Shown here in pieces: positions 1 through 9,000 of a DNA stretch of 64,000 nt; position 1 is the stretch's first letter; each line of letters starts with the position of its first letter. Source of the DNA: an uncultured virus (IMG/VR IMGVR_UViG_3300017746_000005). Lineage: Duplodnaviria > Heunggongvirae > Uroviricota > Caudoviricetes. The stretch is taken from positions 1 through 64,000 of the IMG/VR virus record IMGVR_UViG_3300017746_000005. One strand, given 5' to 3'. The translations under genes and the position numbers were made by a program. A model generated the notes under the pieces. It worked only from the letters and a program-made list of their open reading frames with translations. It searched no databases and was not told where the DNA came from.

Positions 1-55
1 CCATGAGCAGTCTAGATCGTGTATATTAAGAGAGTCAAAGAGATTTGCTTCACAA

Positions 56-253
56 ATGACTCAGACTACACTCAACGTTGCTACTGCATCCCGTGGAGAT
101 CTTTTGATTGCTGATGCTCGTGGTGAGGTAAAGTACACCGTGCTTAAGACTCAACGTCCTCGGAAGGATTTGCTTGTTATGACACAAACAAAGGGTCTCC
201 GTACTAACACTAACCGAGGTAAGATTAACACTAAGATGGCTTCACATATCTGA
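56..253 (+). CDS. small basic hypothetical phage protein (65 aa)
   Basis: ORF track; phage-like codon usage; upstream TATATT -10-like element at about 22-27; followed by an inverted repeat. Confidence 0.6.
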   Translation: MTQTTLNVATASRGDLLIADARGEVKYTVLKTQRPRKDLLVMTQTKGLRTNTNRGKINTKMASHI

Positions 254-263
254 TACACATTCA

Positions 264-303
264 AGAGGGAGTGCTTGACATTCCCTCTCAAGTCTGGTAG
301 GAT
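264..303 (+). promoter_or_regulatory. sigma70-type (early) promoter whose -35 box overlaps the loop of an inverted repeat
   Basis: TTGACA (275-280), 17-nt spacer, extended -10 TGnTAGGAT (295-303); inverted repeat agagggagtg (264-273) / cattccctct (279-288) around the -35 box. Confidence 0.65.
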
Positions 304-502
304 ATCAGTAGCAAATAGCAGGGTTTTTGCGGTTGTTATGTGTTGTGTTATGTTCCGATGGGGGGTGTTTTAATAATAGCTAACTACCCTAACCTACAAC
401 GAACCAAAATCGAGAGAGTGATTACGAGTTCATTTAAAAAATTTTTCAGGTATAAAAAAGTCCTGTAAGGTCGAGCATAGATAAGGAGATAGTCAAGGAA
501 TT

Positions 503-700
503 ATGCCAACTTACAATATTAACGAGATGCTCTTTCATGTATATGAGAAGACTACTGAGGGACAAACGAGAGTACTCAATTATTGTCTAACAGTGGATGA
601 ACTCGAAACCAAGTTAGAGAATAAAGAGATTGATATAAGCAAAGTAGAAATCGAAGTATTACCACCTGATCCAGGCGCCTGTGAAGATGCAAGTTATTGA
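503..700 (+). CDS. hypothetical acidic protein (65 aa)
   Basis: ORF track; AAGGA SD-like sequence just upstream of ATG. Confidence 0.7.
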   Translation: MPTYNINEMLFHVYEKTTEGQTRVLNYCLTVDELETKLENKEIDISKVEIEVLPPDPGACEDASY

Positions 701-1352
701 TCTACCAAACTTCGGTATTATTGAAGCACAACTCACCCAGGAACAGATTGATTGTCTCTACAATGATCTGATTCGACAAGCTCCCGAGGGGTGGGAATTT
801 GACGGACATAAAATTGTCAAGGGAACGGAAGTACCTCAGTGGGACTTCGAGTGGTCTGAAGAGACGTATGAGAAGTTTATGGGAGAGTGTCTCGGTCCTT
901 GCATCAACACGTATGCCGAGAAGTATGGTAAGCACACTCTGATGTGTACCTCACAGATGCATGGAATTAGTGTAAGTCGGTGTTGGGTGAGATGTAGCAA
1001 GCCAGGAGAGTATCTCTCAATACATGATCACAGCGCTCTGTGGTCCTTTGCAGTGTGGTTAAACATTCCATATGACTATAGAGATGAACAGAAGGACAAC
1101 GAAGCGTTCAGACCTTATGCAGGGGACTTCCAGTTAATCTATCCATCAACTACAGGTATTATGTTGAAGAAGAATTGGAGACTTGATAGAGGTATGGAAG
1201 GTCGTATGATATTCTTCCCAAGTCAGATTAGTCATATGGTGTATCCACATCATACCACCAGCGGCGCGGCGTTCGACGGTGAGTATCGCGTATGTGTTGC
1301 AGGTAACGTATCATTGGATAGTTATCAAGTATTAGACAATGTTGCTTCTTAA
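681..1352 (+). CDS. 2OG-Fe(II) oxygenase-like protein (TIGR02466-like, common in cyanophages)
   Basis: HDH...SFAVW, FFPSQISHMVYP...R-V-C-V-A-G-N pattern of HxH...H...R double-stranded beta-helix oxygenases; start may be ATG 687. Confidence 0.7.
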   Translation: MKMQVIDLPNFGIIEAQLTQEQIDCLYNDLIRQAPEGWEFDGHKIVKGTEVPQWDFEWSEETYEKFMGECLGPCINTYAEKYGKHTLMCTSQMHGISVSRCWVRCSKPGEYLSIHDHSALWSFAVWLNIPYDYRDEQKDNEAFRPYAGDFQLIYPSTTGIMLKKNWRLDRGMEGRMIFFPSQISHMVYPHHTTSGAAFDGEYRVCVAGNVSLDSYQVLDNVAS

Positions 1353-1393
1353 AATATTAAATGTATAGATAGGTTAACATTGTTAATATAAGC

Positions 1394-1543
1394 ATGAATG
1401 TAGAACTGGAACCTTATCATCTAGACTTGATAATTGAGACACTTTCGTATAGACTAGAGGAGGACAGTCAATTACATTTTTTACCTGATGTACGCTCTGA
1501 TCTAGAAGAACTACTTGCCACTTTTGAAGATGAATGTTTATAA
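1394..1543 (+). CDS. small acidic hypothetical protein (49 aa, below ORF-track cutoff)
   Basis: manual translation MNVELEPYHLDLIIETLSYRLEEDSQLHFLPDVRSDLEELLATFEDECL*; fills the gap between neighbouring genes. Confidence 0.55.
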   Translation: MNVELEPYHLDLIIETLSYRLEEDSQLHFLPDVRSDLEELLATFEDECL

Positions 1544-1697
1544 TGTATTTGTCGGTGAAGACATGATTATTCATGAATGCCGAGAAGAAGATTTGGAGCA
1601 TAAGCTTGTATTCGTCAGAGAGTATTTTGATTGGTATCAAGATGATGACCTCCGCAATGAGATGTTGAAAATCGTTAAGATTGATACCTCTAAATAA
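1530..1697 (+). CDS. small hypothetical protein (about 55 aa)
   Basis: ORF track 1515..1697; ATG at 1530 overlaps the end of the previous small ORF. Confidence 0.55.
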   Translation: MNVYNVFVGEDMIIHECREEDLEHKLVFVREYFDWYQDDDLRNEMLKIVKIDTSK

Positions 1698-1707
1698 ACC
1701 GTGACCA

Positions 1708-1736
1708 TTGCAATGATTGGGTTGCTGTGGTAGAAT
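1708..1736 (+). promoter_or_regulatory. sigma70-type promoter upstream of the GT-A gene
   Basis: TTGCAA (1708-1713), 17-nt spacer, TGnTAGAAT extended -10 (1728-1736). Confidence 0.6.
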
Positions 1737-1759
1737 AATTTTGTAAAACATTCTAAGTT

Positions 1760-2512
1760 ATGGCTAAAGGATTTACTGTAAAAGCAAAAGCTCCTACTCC
1801 AAAGAAAGTAGAAGATGATTTTGACCTCGCAGCTGCTAAAGAAATGGTAAAGGGCAAAAGCATTGTCTTTTGTCTTCCAGGACGCGGCGTCTCGTATATT
1901 TTTCTCAAAGCATTTGTTCAACTATGCTTTGATCTAGTTCAAACAGGTGCAAGTATTCAGATTGCACAGGACTACTCTTCCATGGTTAACTTTGCACGAT
2001 GCAAAGTACTCGGTGCTAACGTTCTCCGTGGACCCAAACAGATTCCCTGGGATGGGAAACTGGAATATGATTATCAACTGTGGATCGACTCGGACATCGT
2101 TTTTGATGTTGAGAAGTTCTACCGTCTTGTGTGGATGAAGAAGGACATCGCAGCTGGTTGGTATATGACTGAAGATGGTAAGACCACTTCTGTTGCACAC
2201 TGGCTTGAAGAAGAGGACTTCGCTAAGAATGGCGGTGTGATGAATCACGAAACTGGTGAATCAATCTCTCGTCGTCGTAAGCCTTTCACCGTTGACTACA
2301 CAGGTTTCGGATGGGTACTGATTAAGAAAGGAGTCTTCGAGAGTCTTGAGTATCCCTGGTTCGCTCCTAAGATGCAAGTCTTTGATTCTGGAGATGTTCA
2401 GGATATGTGTGGTGAAGATGTTTCCTTCTGTCTTGACGCTAAGGAAGCTGGTTATGAAATCTGGTGTGATCCAGGTATCCGTGTTGGACATGAAAAGACC
2501 CGAGTTATCTGA
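1760..2512 (+). CDS. GT-A fold (GT2-like) glycosyltransferase-like protein, conserved in T4-like cyanophages
   Basis: LWIDSDIVF (DxD), GFGWVLIKKGVFE, GEDVSFC, DPGIRVGHEK motifs. Confidence 0.7.
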   Translation: MAKGFTVKAKAPTPKKVEDDFDLAAAKEMVKGKSIVFCLPGRGVSYIFLKAFVQLCFDLVQTGASIQIAQDYSSMVNFARCKVLGANVLRGPKQIPWDGKLEYDYQLWIDSDIVFDVEKFYRLVWMKKDIAAGWYMTEDGKTTSVAHWLEEEDFAKNGGVMNHETGESISRRRKPFTVDYTGFGWVLIKKGVFESLEYPWFAPKMQVFDSGDVQDMCGEDVSFCLDAKEAGYEIWCDPGIRVGHEKTRVI

Positions 2513-2667
2513 TGCAATATAAAGTTATGGAGTTGGGTACTGATGGGTGGGGTATCAACAATCCTGTTCTAGATCAACACCTAACTAAGGAACAAGCTAA
2601 AGAGAGACTTGAACATTATATAAGTGAGGGAGTCTCTCCCCAAAGACTCCAAGCAACACCTGAATAA
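2512..2667 (+). CDS. small hypothetical protein (51 aa)
   Basis: manual translation MQYKVMELGTDGWG...LTKEQAKERLEHYISEGVSPQRLQATPE*; ATG overlaps the TGA of the upstream gene. Confidence 0.7.
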   Translation: MQYKVMELGTDGWGINNPVLDQHLTKEQAKERLEHYISEGVSPQRLQATPE

Positions 2668-2726
2668 ATCCTGGCGGCGCGTTTCTCTGTGCCGTCTCTC
2701 TAAAAACCTCTAAGTATTACTAAATA

Positions 2727-2873
2727 ATGGCTGTAAGAAAAATGTCTAAGGAGGGTTCGGCTTTCATCGAATCTCAACCTAAGAAAACACGTCAAGGTAG
2801 TGGACAAAATACTAAGTATGCCGCTACATCTGCAAACAACAAACGTAAACGCTATCGGGGACAAGGAAGGTAA
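2727..2873 (+). CDS. small basic conserved cyanophage protein (48 aa, ...KKTRQG...KRYRGQGR)
   Basis: manual translation MAVRKMSKEGSAFIESQPKKTRQGSGQNTKYAATSANNKRKRYRGQGR*; preceded by CTAAATA late-promoter-like motif (2720-2726). Confidence 0.75.
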   Translation: MAVRKMSKEGSAFIESQPKKTRQGSGQNTKYAATSANNKRKRYRGQGR

Positions 2874-3028
2874 TGGCTGATTCTGATCCAAGAAACTCAC
2901 CTAATGCAGAAGCAGCTGCAACTGAAGGTGCTCAACAGTTTGGATATGATGTTGCTGCTCAAGCAAGAAAGAAAGCAAAAGAGTCTAGAAACGAAACTAA
3001 TCCAAATTCTCCTCTAGCTTCTGGGTAA
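2873..3028 (+). CDS. small hypothetical protein (51 aa)
   Basis: manual translation MADSDPRNSPNAEAAATEG...NSPLASG*; TAATG stop/start overlap. Confidence 0.6.
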   Translation: MADSDPRNSPNAEAAATEGAQQFGYDVAAQARKKAKESRNETNPNSPLASG

Positions 3029-3033
3029 AGTAT

Positions 3034-3690
3034 ATGAGTTCACTAGTTGTTAATCTACCCGCACAAAAAGTGTGGGTCCGTAAAGAGTATCTAAGAGACT
3101 TGCAAGACGGACATGGTGAATTTATTGAAGGCGTCTGGGTGTCGGCTAAGTCGATACCTGGACGTTCTTTTTATTTTGAAACTTATTTGCCTGAATATGG
3201 TGCAATGTTTGATAAATTGCCCATCAGTGCATTTGTTTCCGAACCAAAGACACCTGATCCTGATTTAGATCTGCCTAATTTGCAGTTTTGGAATTGCATG
3301 GACTATGGAATAATCAATGTATGCAAACAATTTGTAGCATCTATGGACTGGCAAGTCCGAACTAGACACTTTGGTAACCTTATGGGTACATATATTTGTA
3401 CTCTAGACAATTATCATGGTGATCCTGATGTAATTGATTACTCTGTAAGTGAAATTCCACAGGAACATAAGTCATTTAATGTACTTGAATTGGAAAATGG
3501 ACAGTTTGCGCTGTACCCGAACAACAGATGTCGTATCTTTGACATTAGTCTAACCCCCCAAGAGCCAAAAATACCCGACTTTAAGGTCTCTACGGAGTAC
3601 TATCAGGTAGAAAACGGTATTGATTGGGGTAGATTGGGTGATACTGATGAATATTTCTGGGAAACACCTGAAGAAAAGGATAATAAATAA
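3034..3690 (+). CDS. conserved hypothetical phage protein (218 aa)
   Basis: ORF track; fits operon just upstream of gp25 as in related cyanophages. Confidence 0.8.
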   Translation: MSSLVVNLPAQKVWVRKEYLRDLQDGHGEFIEGVWVSAKSIPGRSFYFETYLPEYGAMFDKLPISAFVSEPKTPDPDLDLPNLQFWNCMDYGIINVCKQFVASMDWQVRTRHFGNLMGTYICTLDNYHGDPDVIDYSVSEIPQEHKSFNVLELENGQFALYPNNRCRIFDISLTPQEPKIPDFKVSTEYYQVENGIDWGRLGDTDEYFWETPEEKDNK

Positions 3691-3716
3691 AAGGCGGAGA
3701 TATAAACTCTAGAATA

Positions 3717-4133
3717 ATGGCTAGATCCATCAGTAAACAACGAGTATCCAGAACTTTTAAGGATATTAGTTTGTCATTTGTACCACATCCTGTTACAAAT
3801 GACCTAGGATCGTTTAATGATGCAGATGCAATTAAAAGATCTGTAACCAATTTAGTTAGAACTAATATTGGTGAACGATTCTTTCAAAATTTAATTGGTT
3901 CTACAATTGAAAATTCCTTATTTGAGCAACCAACAGATGATCTTGCTTCTGGAATGGAAGAAGAAATTCAGTATTTACTCGAAAACTTTGAGGAAAGGAT
4001 AGCTAATGTGGAGGCTAGAGTATATCATCCCCCAGATTCCAATGATATGAACGTTCATTTAACATATACCGTCATTGGATTGCCCTTACCAGTGCAAGAT
4101 ATCGATTTTATCCTACAATCTACTAGGACATAA
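3717..4133 (+). CDS. gp25: baseplate wedge subunit gp25
   Basis: FKDISLSF...AIKRSVTNLVRT..GERFF..IGS motif; immediately upstream of gp6; AATAAATA at 3682-3689. Confidence 0.92.
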   Translation: MARSISKQRVSRTFKDISLSFVPHPVTNDLGSFNDADAIKRSVTNLVRTNIGERFFQNLIGSTIENSLFEQPTDDLASGMEEEIQYLLENFEERIANVEARVYHPPDSNDMNVHLTYTVIGLPLPVQDIDFILQSTRT

Positions 4134-6004
4134 TGTCATTTAATCAATTTACAAACCTAGATTTTGATAGCCTTAAGGTACAAATTAAGGATTATCTTCG
4201 TGCGAACAGTAATTTTACTGATTTCGACTTTGAAGGATCCAATTTTTCAGTCTTAATTGACCTTCTTGCGTATAATTCTTACATTACGTCATATAATACC
4301 AATATGGCGGTCAATGAATGCTTCCTTGACAGTGCTACTCTTAGAGAAAATGTTGTTGCACTGTCGAGAAACATTGGATATGTAACTAGATCAAGTAGAT
4401 CTTCCCGTGCAGTCATCAACTTCTCTGTTGATTTGGGTTCAAATGACACTAGAATCGTAACTTTGAAGGCGGGAACGGTTGCATTAGGGTCTCAGGTAAA
4501 TGGACAATACATTTTTTCAATTCCCGACGACTTTGTTACTACTGTAGACAACAATAATATTGCATTTTTCGATAATTTGAACATTTTTGAGGGAGTTTAC
4601 CTCACAAAAACTTTTACAGTAGATTATTCTGTTCCAAATCAACGATATATTATTCCAAATGCTAATGTTGATACGTCTTCAATTCGTATTCAGGTAGAAT
4701 CTACAACAAATGAGATTTATCAACTATACGATAACATTCTGAGAGTCGATTCTACATCCAGATTGTTCCTTATTCAGGAAATTGAAGACGAAAAATACGA
4801 AATTCTATTTGGCGACGGAATTTTAGGTAAAAAACCACCAGCTGGTGCTAAAATTACTGTAAGTTATATCGTTACCAACGGCAGTAATGGTAATAATGCT
4901 TCTAATTTCACCTTTACTGGTATTCTTAAGGACGATACCATCTCAACTATAACAGATGGCATCTCATTGATTACTACTCAGCAGAAATCTTCTAGTGGAG
5001 ATAATGTTGAAAGTATAGATTCCATCAAATATCTTGCACCTCGTATATACGCGGCACAGTACCGTGCAGTGACGGCAAATGACTACAAGGGTATAATCCC
5101 CTTCATATACCCTAACGTTGAATCTGTGACCTCCTACGGGGGGGAGGAGTTGGATCCGCCTGAGTTTGGTAAAGTATTCATATCTGTTAAACCGAGAAAT
5201 GGTTCTTTCCTATCACAGATAACCAAAGATCAAATTTCAAGAGAACTAAAACAGTATTCTATTGCAGGTATCAAACCAGAAATTGTAGATCTGAAATACT
5301 TGTACGTAGAGACTAATTCAGCAGTTTATTATAATACTAACTCTGTTTTTGATCCTTCTACACTAAGAACTAAAATTTTCAATACTCTCACTGCGTATTC
5401 CAAGTCGGATGACATAAACAGTTTTGGTGGAAGATTTAAGTACAGTAAAATTGTTGCTCTTATTGATGATACTGATAATGGAGTTACCTCTAATATTACT
5501 AAGGTTAAGATTAGAAGAGATTTGATTCCAGAACCTGGACTATTTGCAACGTATGAATTGTGTTTTGGTAATGCTTTCTTTGTAAATTCTAAAGGGTACT
5601 CTGTACGATCGACTGGATTTACTGTAGATGGCATTGGTGGAACTCTTTACCTTGCTGATATCCCGAGTACTTCTACTAGAGGAAGAATCGTATTCTTTAA
5701 ATTAGAAAATAACGAACCAGTCATTGTTAAGAATAATGCTGGAACAGTTAAATATGATGAAGGAGAGGTTCTTTTGGATGTGGTAAATATATCAGGAACT
5801 TCTTTGAATAATGGAACAGTTCAAATAGAGGCAATTCCCGAGTCCAATGATATCATTGCTTTGAAGGACATCTATTTGCAATATGACGTTGCAAATAGTG
5901 AGGTAACTGCTCTCGTTGATGTTGTTTCTTCTGGTGAGAATACTTCCGCTACTTCATATGTCGTGACTTCCAGCTATTCCGACGAAGGATATATCAGATC
6001 GTAA
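4133..6004 (+). CDS. gp6: baseplate wedge subunit gp6
   Basis: NLDFDSLK...FTDFDFEGSNFSVLIDLLAYN, FGDGILGK, RAVTANDY motifs. Confidence 0.95.
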   Translation: MSFNQFTNLDFDSLKVQIKDYLRANSNFTDFDFEGSNFSVLIDLLAYNSYITSYNTNMAVNECFLDSATLRENVVALSRNIGYVTRSSRSSRAVINFSVDLGSNDTRIVTLKAGTVALGSQVNGQYIFSIPDDFVTTVDNNNIAFFDNLNIFEGVYLTKTFTVDYSVPNQRYIIPNANVDTSSIRIQVESTTNEIYQLYDNILRVDSTSRLFLIQEIEDEKYEILFGDGILGKKPPAGAKITVSYIVTNGSNGNNASNFTFTGILKDDTISTITDGISLITTQQKSSSGDNVESIDSIKYLAPRIYAAQYRAVTANDYKGIIPFIYPNVESVTSYGGEELDPPEFGKVFISVKPRNGSFLSQITKDQISRELKQYSIAGIKPEIVDLKYLYVETNSAVYYNTNSVFDPSTLRTKIFNTLTAYSKSDDINSFGGRFKYSKIVALIDDTDNGVTSNITKVKIRRDLIPEPGLFATYELCFGNAFFVNSKGYSVRSTGFTVDGIGGTLYLADIPSTSTRGRIVFFKLENNEPVIVKNNAGTVKYDEGEVLLDVVNISGTSLNNGTVQIEAIPESNDIIALKDIYLQYDVANSEVTALVDVVSSGENTSATSYVVTSSYSDEGYIRS

Positions 6005-6005
6005 A

Positions 6006-9000
6006 ATGCCTGAACAAAACAAAGTTAAGATCTCTCAATTAATTGAGTCTCAGATTCCTTCATTTTTGAATCAAGAGTCTCCTCTTTTTACTGAGTTTTT
6101 AGAACAGTACTACATTTCCCAAGAACATCAATCTGGTGTTACAGATCTTGCTGTTAATTTGCCAGAGTATAGGCAGATTACCGCATTTAACAATGAGAGT
6201 TTAATACCATATAATGTTCTTCTTTTAGATATTTTTTCTGCGGACGATACAATTACAGTTCAGTCAACTGCAGGATGGCCTGATCAGTACGGACTTATTA
6301 AAATTGATAATGAAATTATTACATACAAGTCCAAGACTGAAACTCAGTTCTTAGAGTGTAGTAGAGGTTTTAGTGGAATTAGTAAAATTCAGCAGGACGT
6401 TAATTCTGAATTTTTAGATTTCTCCATCTCCGAAGCTGATGAACATAGTGCTGGGTCGTTAGTATATAATTTAAGTAATTTATTCCTACAAGAATTCTTT
6501 GCCAAGTTTAAGAAAGAATTTTTACCTGGGTTTGAAAACAGATCTTTTGTTGAAGGCACCTCTGTCCAAAATACCCTTACTAGAGCTAAGGATTTTTACT
6601 CGGCAAAGGGAACTGATGCATCATATCAAATTCTCTTTAAACTATTGTATGGTGAAGAAATTGAGCTCATCAAACCAATTGATGATACTATTACTTCTTC
6701 TGCCAATGTTTATTTCAAGACTAAGAATATTCTTGTAGAAAATCTTTTTGATGGAGATCCCCTACGAACTGTAGGTAACTTCCTGTTCCAGAATGTGACT
6801 GGTATTGGAACAGTAAGTGCTTCGATTTATAATGTAGAATATAGACCTATTGATAAAAAAGATTTCTATGAAATCTCTCTAGACGCATCTTCATTCTCTG
6901 GAAGTTATCAAGTTCCTGGTAAAACAAAAACACTACAAGGTATTCCTCAGTTCTCGGATAATATTCTGGTTGACTCTACTATTGGATTTGATAGAGAGGG
7001 ATCGCTTTTAATCAAACCTACAGTAGATTCAAACTTTATTGAAATATCATATACAGATAAAACAATTAATCAATTTTTAGGTGTCAGCGGTATTTCCACT
7101 GACTTGGTATTTGGTGCAGAAATTTTTGAAGATAAACTAGCTTTTTCTTATGCTGGATTTGGACAAACATCTCAGGTACAACTAAGAATCGTTAATGTCA
7201 TTGATAACATTGACGTAAGTGATACTGCCAATATGGTAGTTGGTGATAGCTTAAAACTATCTACTTTTGGTTTGGATAAGGGAGAAGACTCTCAGTTTAA
7301 TAGTTGGATCTATAATATCCCAACAATTCATAATATTAGTTCTGTTGACCAACTCAACATCAATACCTTCAGAATTAATCTTTTTGATGATGTTGTCTTC
7401 TTTATTGGTGAAAAAATTGTTCTCTCCAATGACAATACTGAGATAACTGGTGAGATTAAAATTATTGAATATGATGCTTCTAGAAGCGAAAAGAGACTGA
7501 GTAATAAAGTTGTAGTTTTGGTGAATGGAACTCTTCCAATAGAACCAAAAGTTCTTAAAAAAACAATTGTAAAAGCTGAGCACAACCTAGGTAGATTTCC
7601 AGGAATTAATAAGTTTCCTGTTGGAATTCAGAATAGTTATCTTTCAGAAAATGGAGATGACTATTTTGTAACTACTGCTGGTATTCCAAACTATCCTCTA
7701 TTTGCAACTGATAATAAGAAATTTGTTAAAACTGATATTAACGAAACTACTGATTCGGGTGGAACCCCAATCAATGGTGGTGGATTTACCTATTTGATGA
7801 AGTCTGTAGATGCTGATGATGCCAACACGTCCATTAAACATGAGTATACAACGGGAGATAAGATCTTCTGGGACAATATTGACAACAGTGGAATACAAAC
7901 AGGAATTTATTTTGTTACTGCTGTAAATGAAACAGAGTTCTACTTGTCTTTTAGTGGATCTGATGTATTTTCGCAAAAATATATTCCATTTAAAACAAAC
8001 TCTACAGGACAGTATATTGTTAAGTCTGGTTTTGAGAATAAGGATATACAACACCAGAAAATTTTAAAGAAGTTTCCATATGTACGGAAGGAACAATATT
8101 TTGATGATCCGAATGCTAGAGATGTTAAAAACAGACCTGTTGGTCTTCTAGCTAATGGTGTTGAAATATATCCACCAACAGTATTTGATGAACAGATTTA
8201 TTACGGTGATATTGTTAACATTAAAGTTACAAATACTGGTAAAAATTATGATGTGATCAATGGTCCAGATATAGTAGTTCAGGATCAAAATGGAACTGGG
8301 TGTAAAGCTTTTCCAACTGTTACGGGATCATTCCGTGAAGTTAGACTTGTTTCTCCTGGAATTGGATATCAGAAAAAACCAAAGATTACTGTTGAAGGTG
8401 GAAACGGCAATGGTGCTGTTCTGGAATCTAATTTCGTAAAGGGAAAAATCATTGTTAATTTTAAGGCTGATGGAACATCTGTAAATTCTAACTCAGAGAC
8501 TATCGATTTCCCAACATCGCATAATTTTGAACTTGGAGAAGAAGTCTTTTATGACTCCAAAAACAACACTCCGATTGGCAATTTGATTAGTGGTGCTACT
8601 TACTTTATTAGGATTGTTGATAGTAAAACAATAGCTTTACATACATCTTTCCAGGATGCAGTTAATAATACCAATACAGTAAATATTGGAGCTCCAAGTT
8701 TTGGTTTCCATAGTTTTGTTTCTACGAAATCTAAAAATACGATTACCAAAATATATGTTAAAGAACCTGGAAGTGGGTATTCAAATAGAAAAGTAGTTGT
8801 CCCTTCTCGGACAACTGCTGCAGGAACAAGAGCTGGTATTGATACCTCCGACAATTACATTTACGCAAGAGGTCACAACTTCATTACCCGTGATGTTGTA
8901 AGATATTCCCATACAGAAAATGCTATTGGTGGGTTGAGTAGCACTACAGAATACTTTGTAAAAACTATTGATTCTAATAAATTTAAACTATACGATGTTG

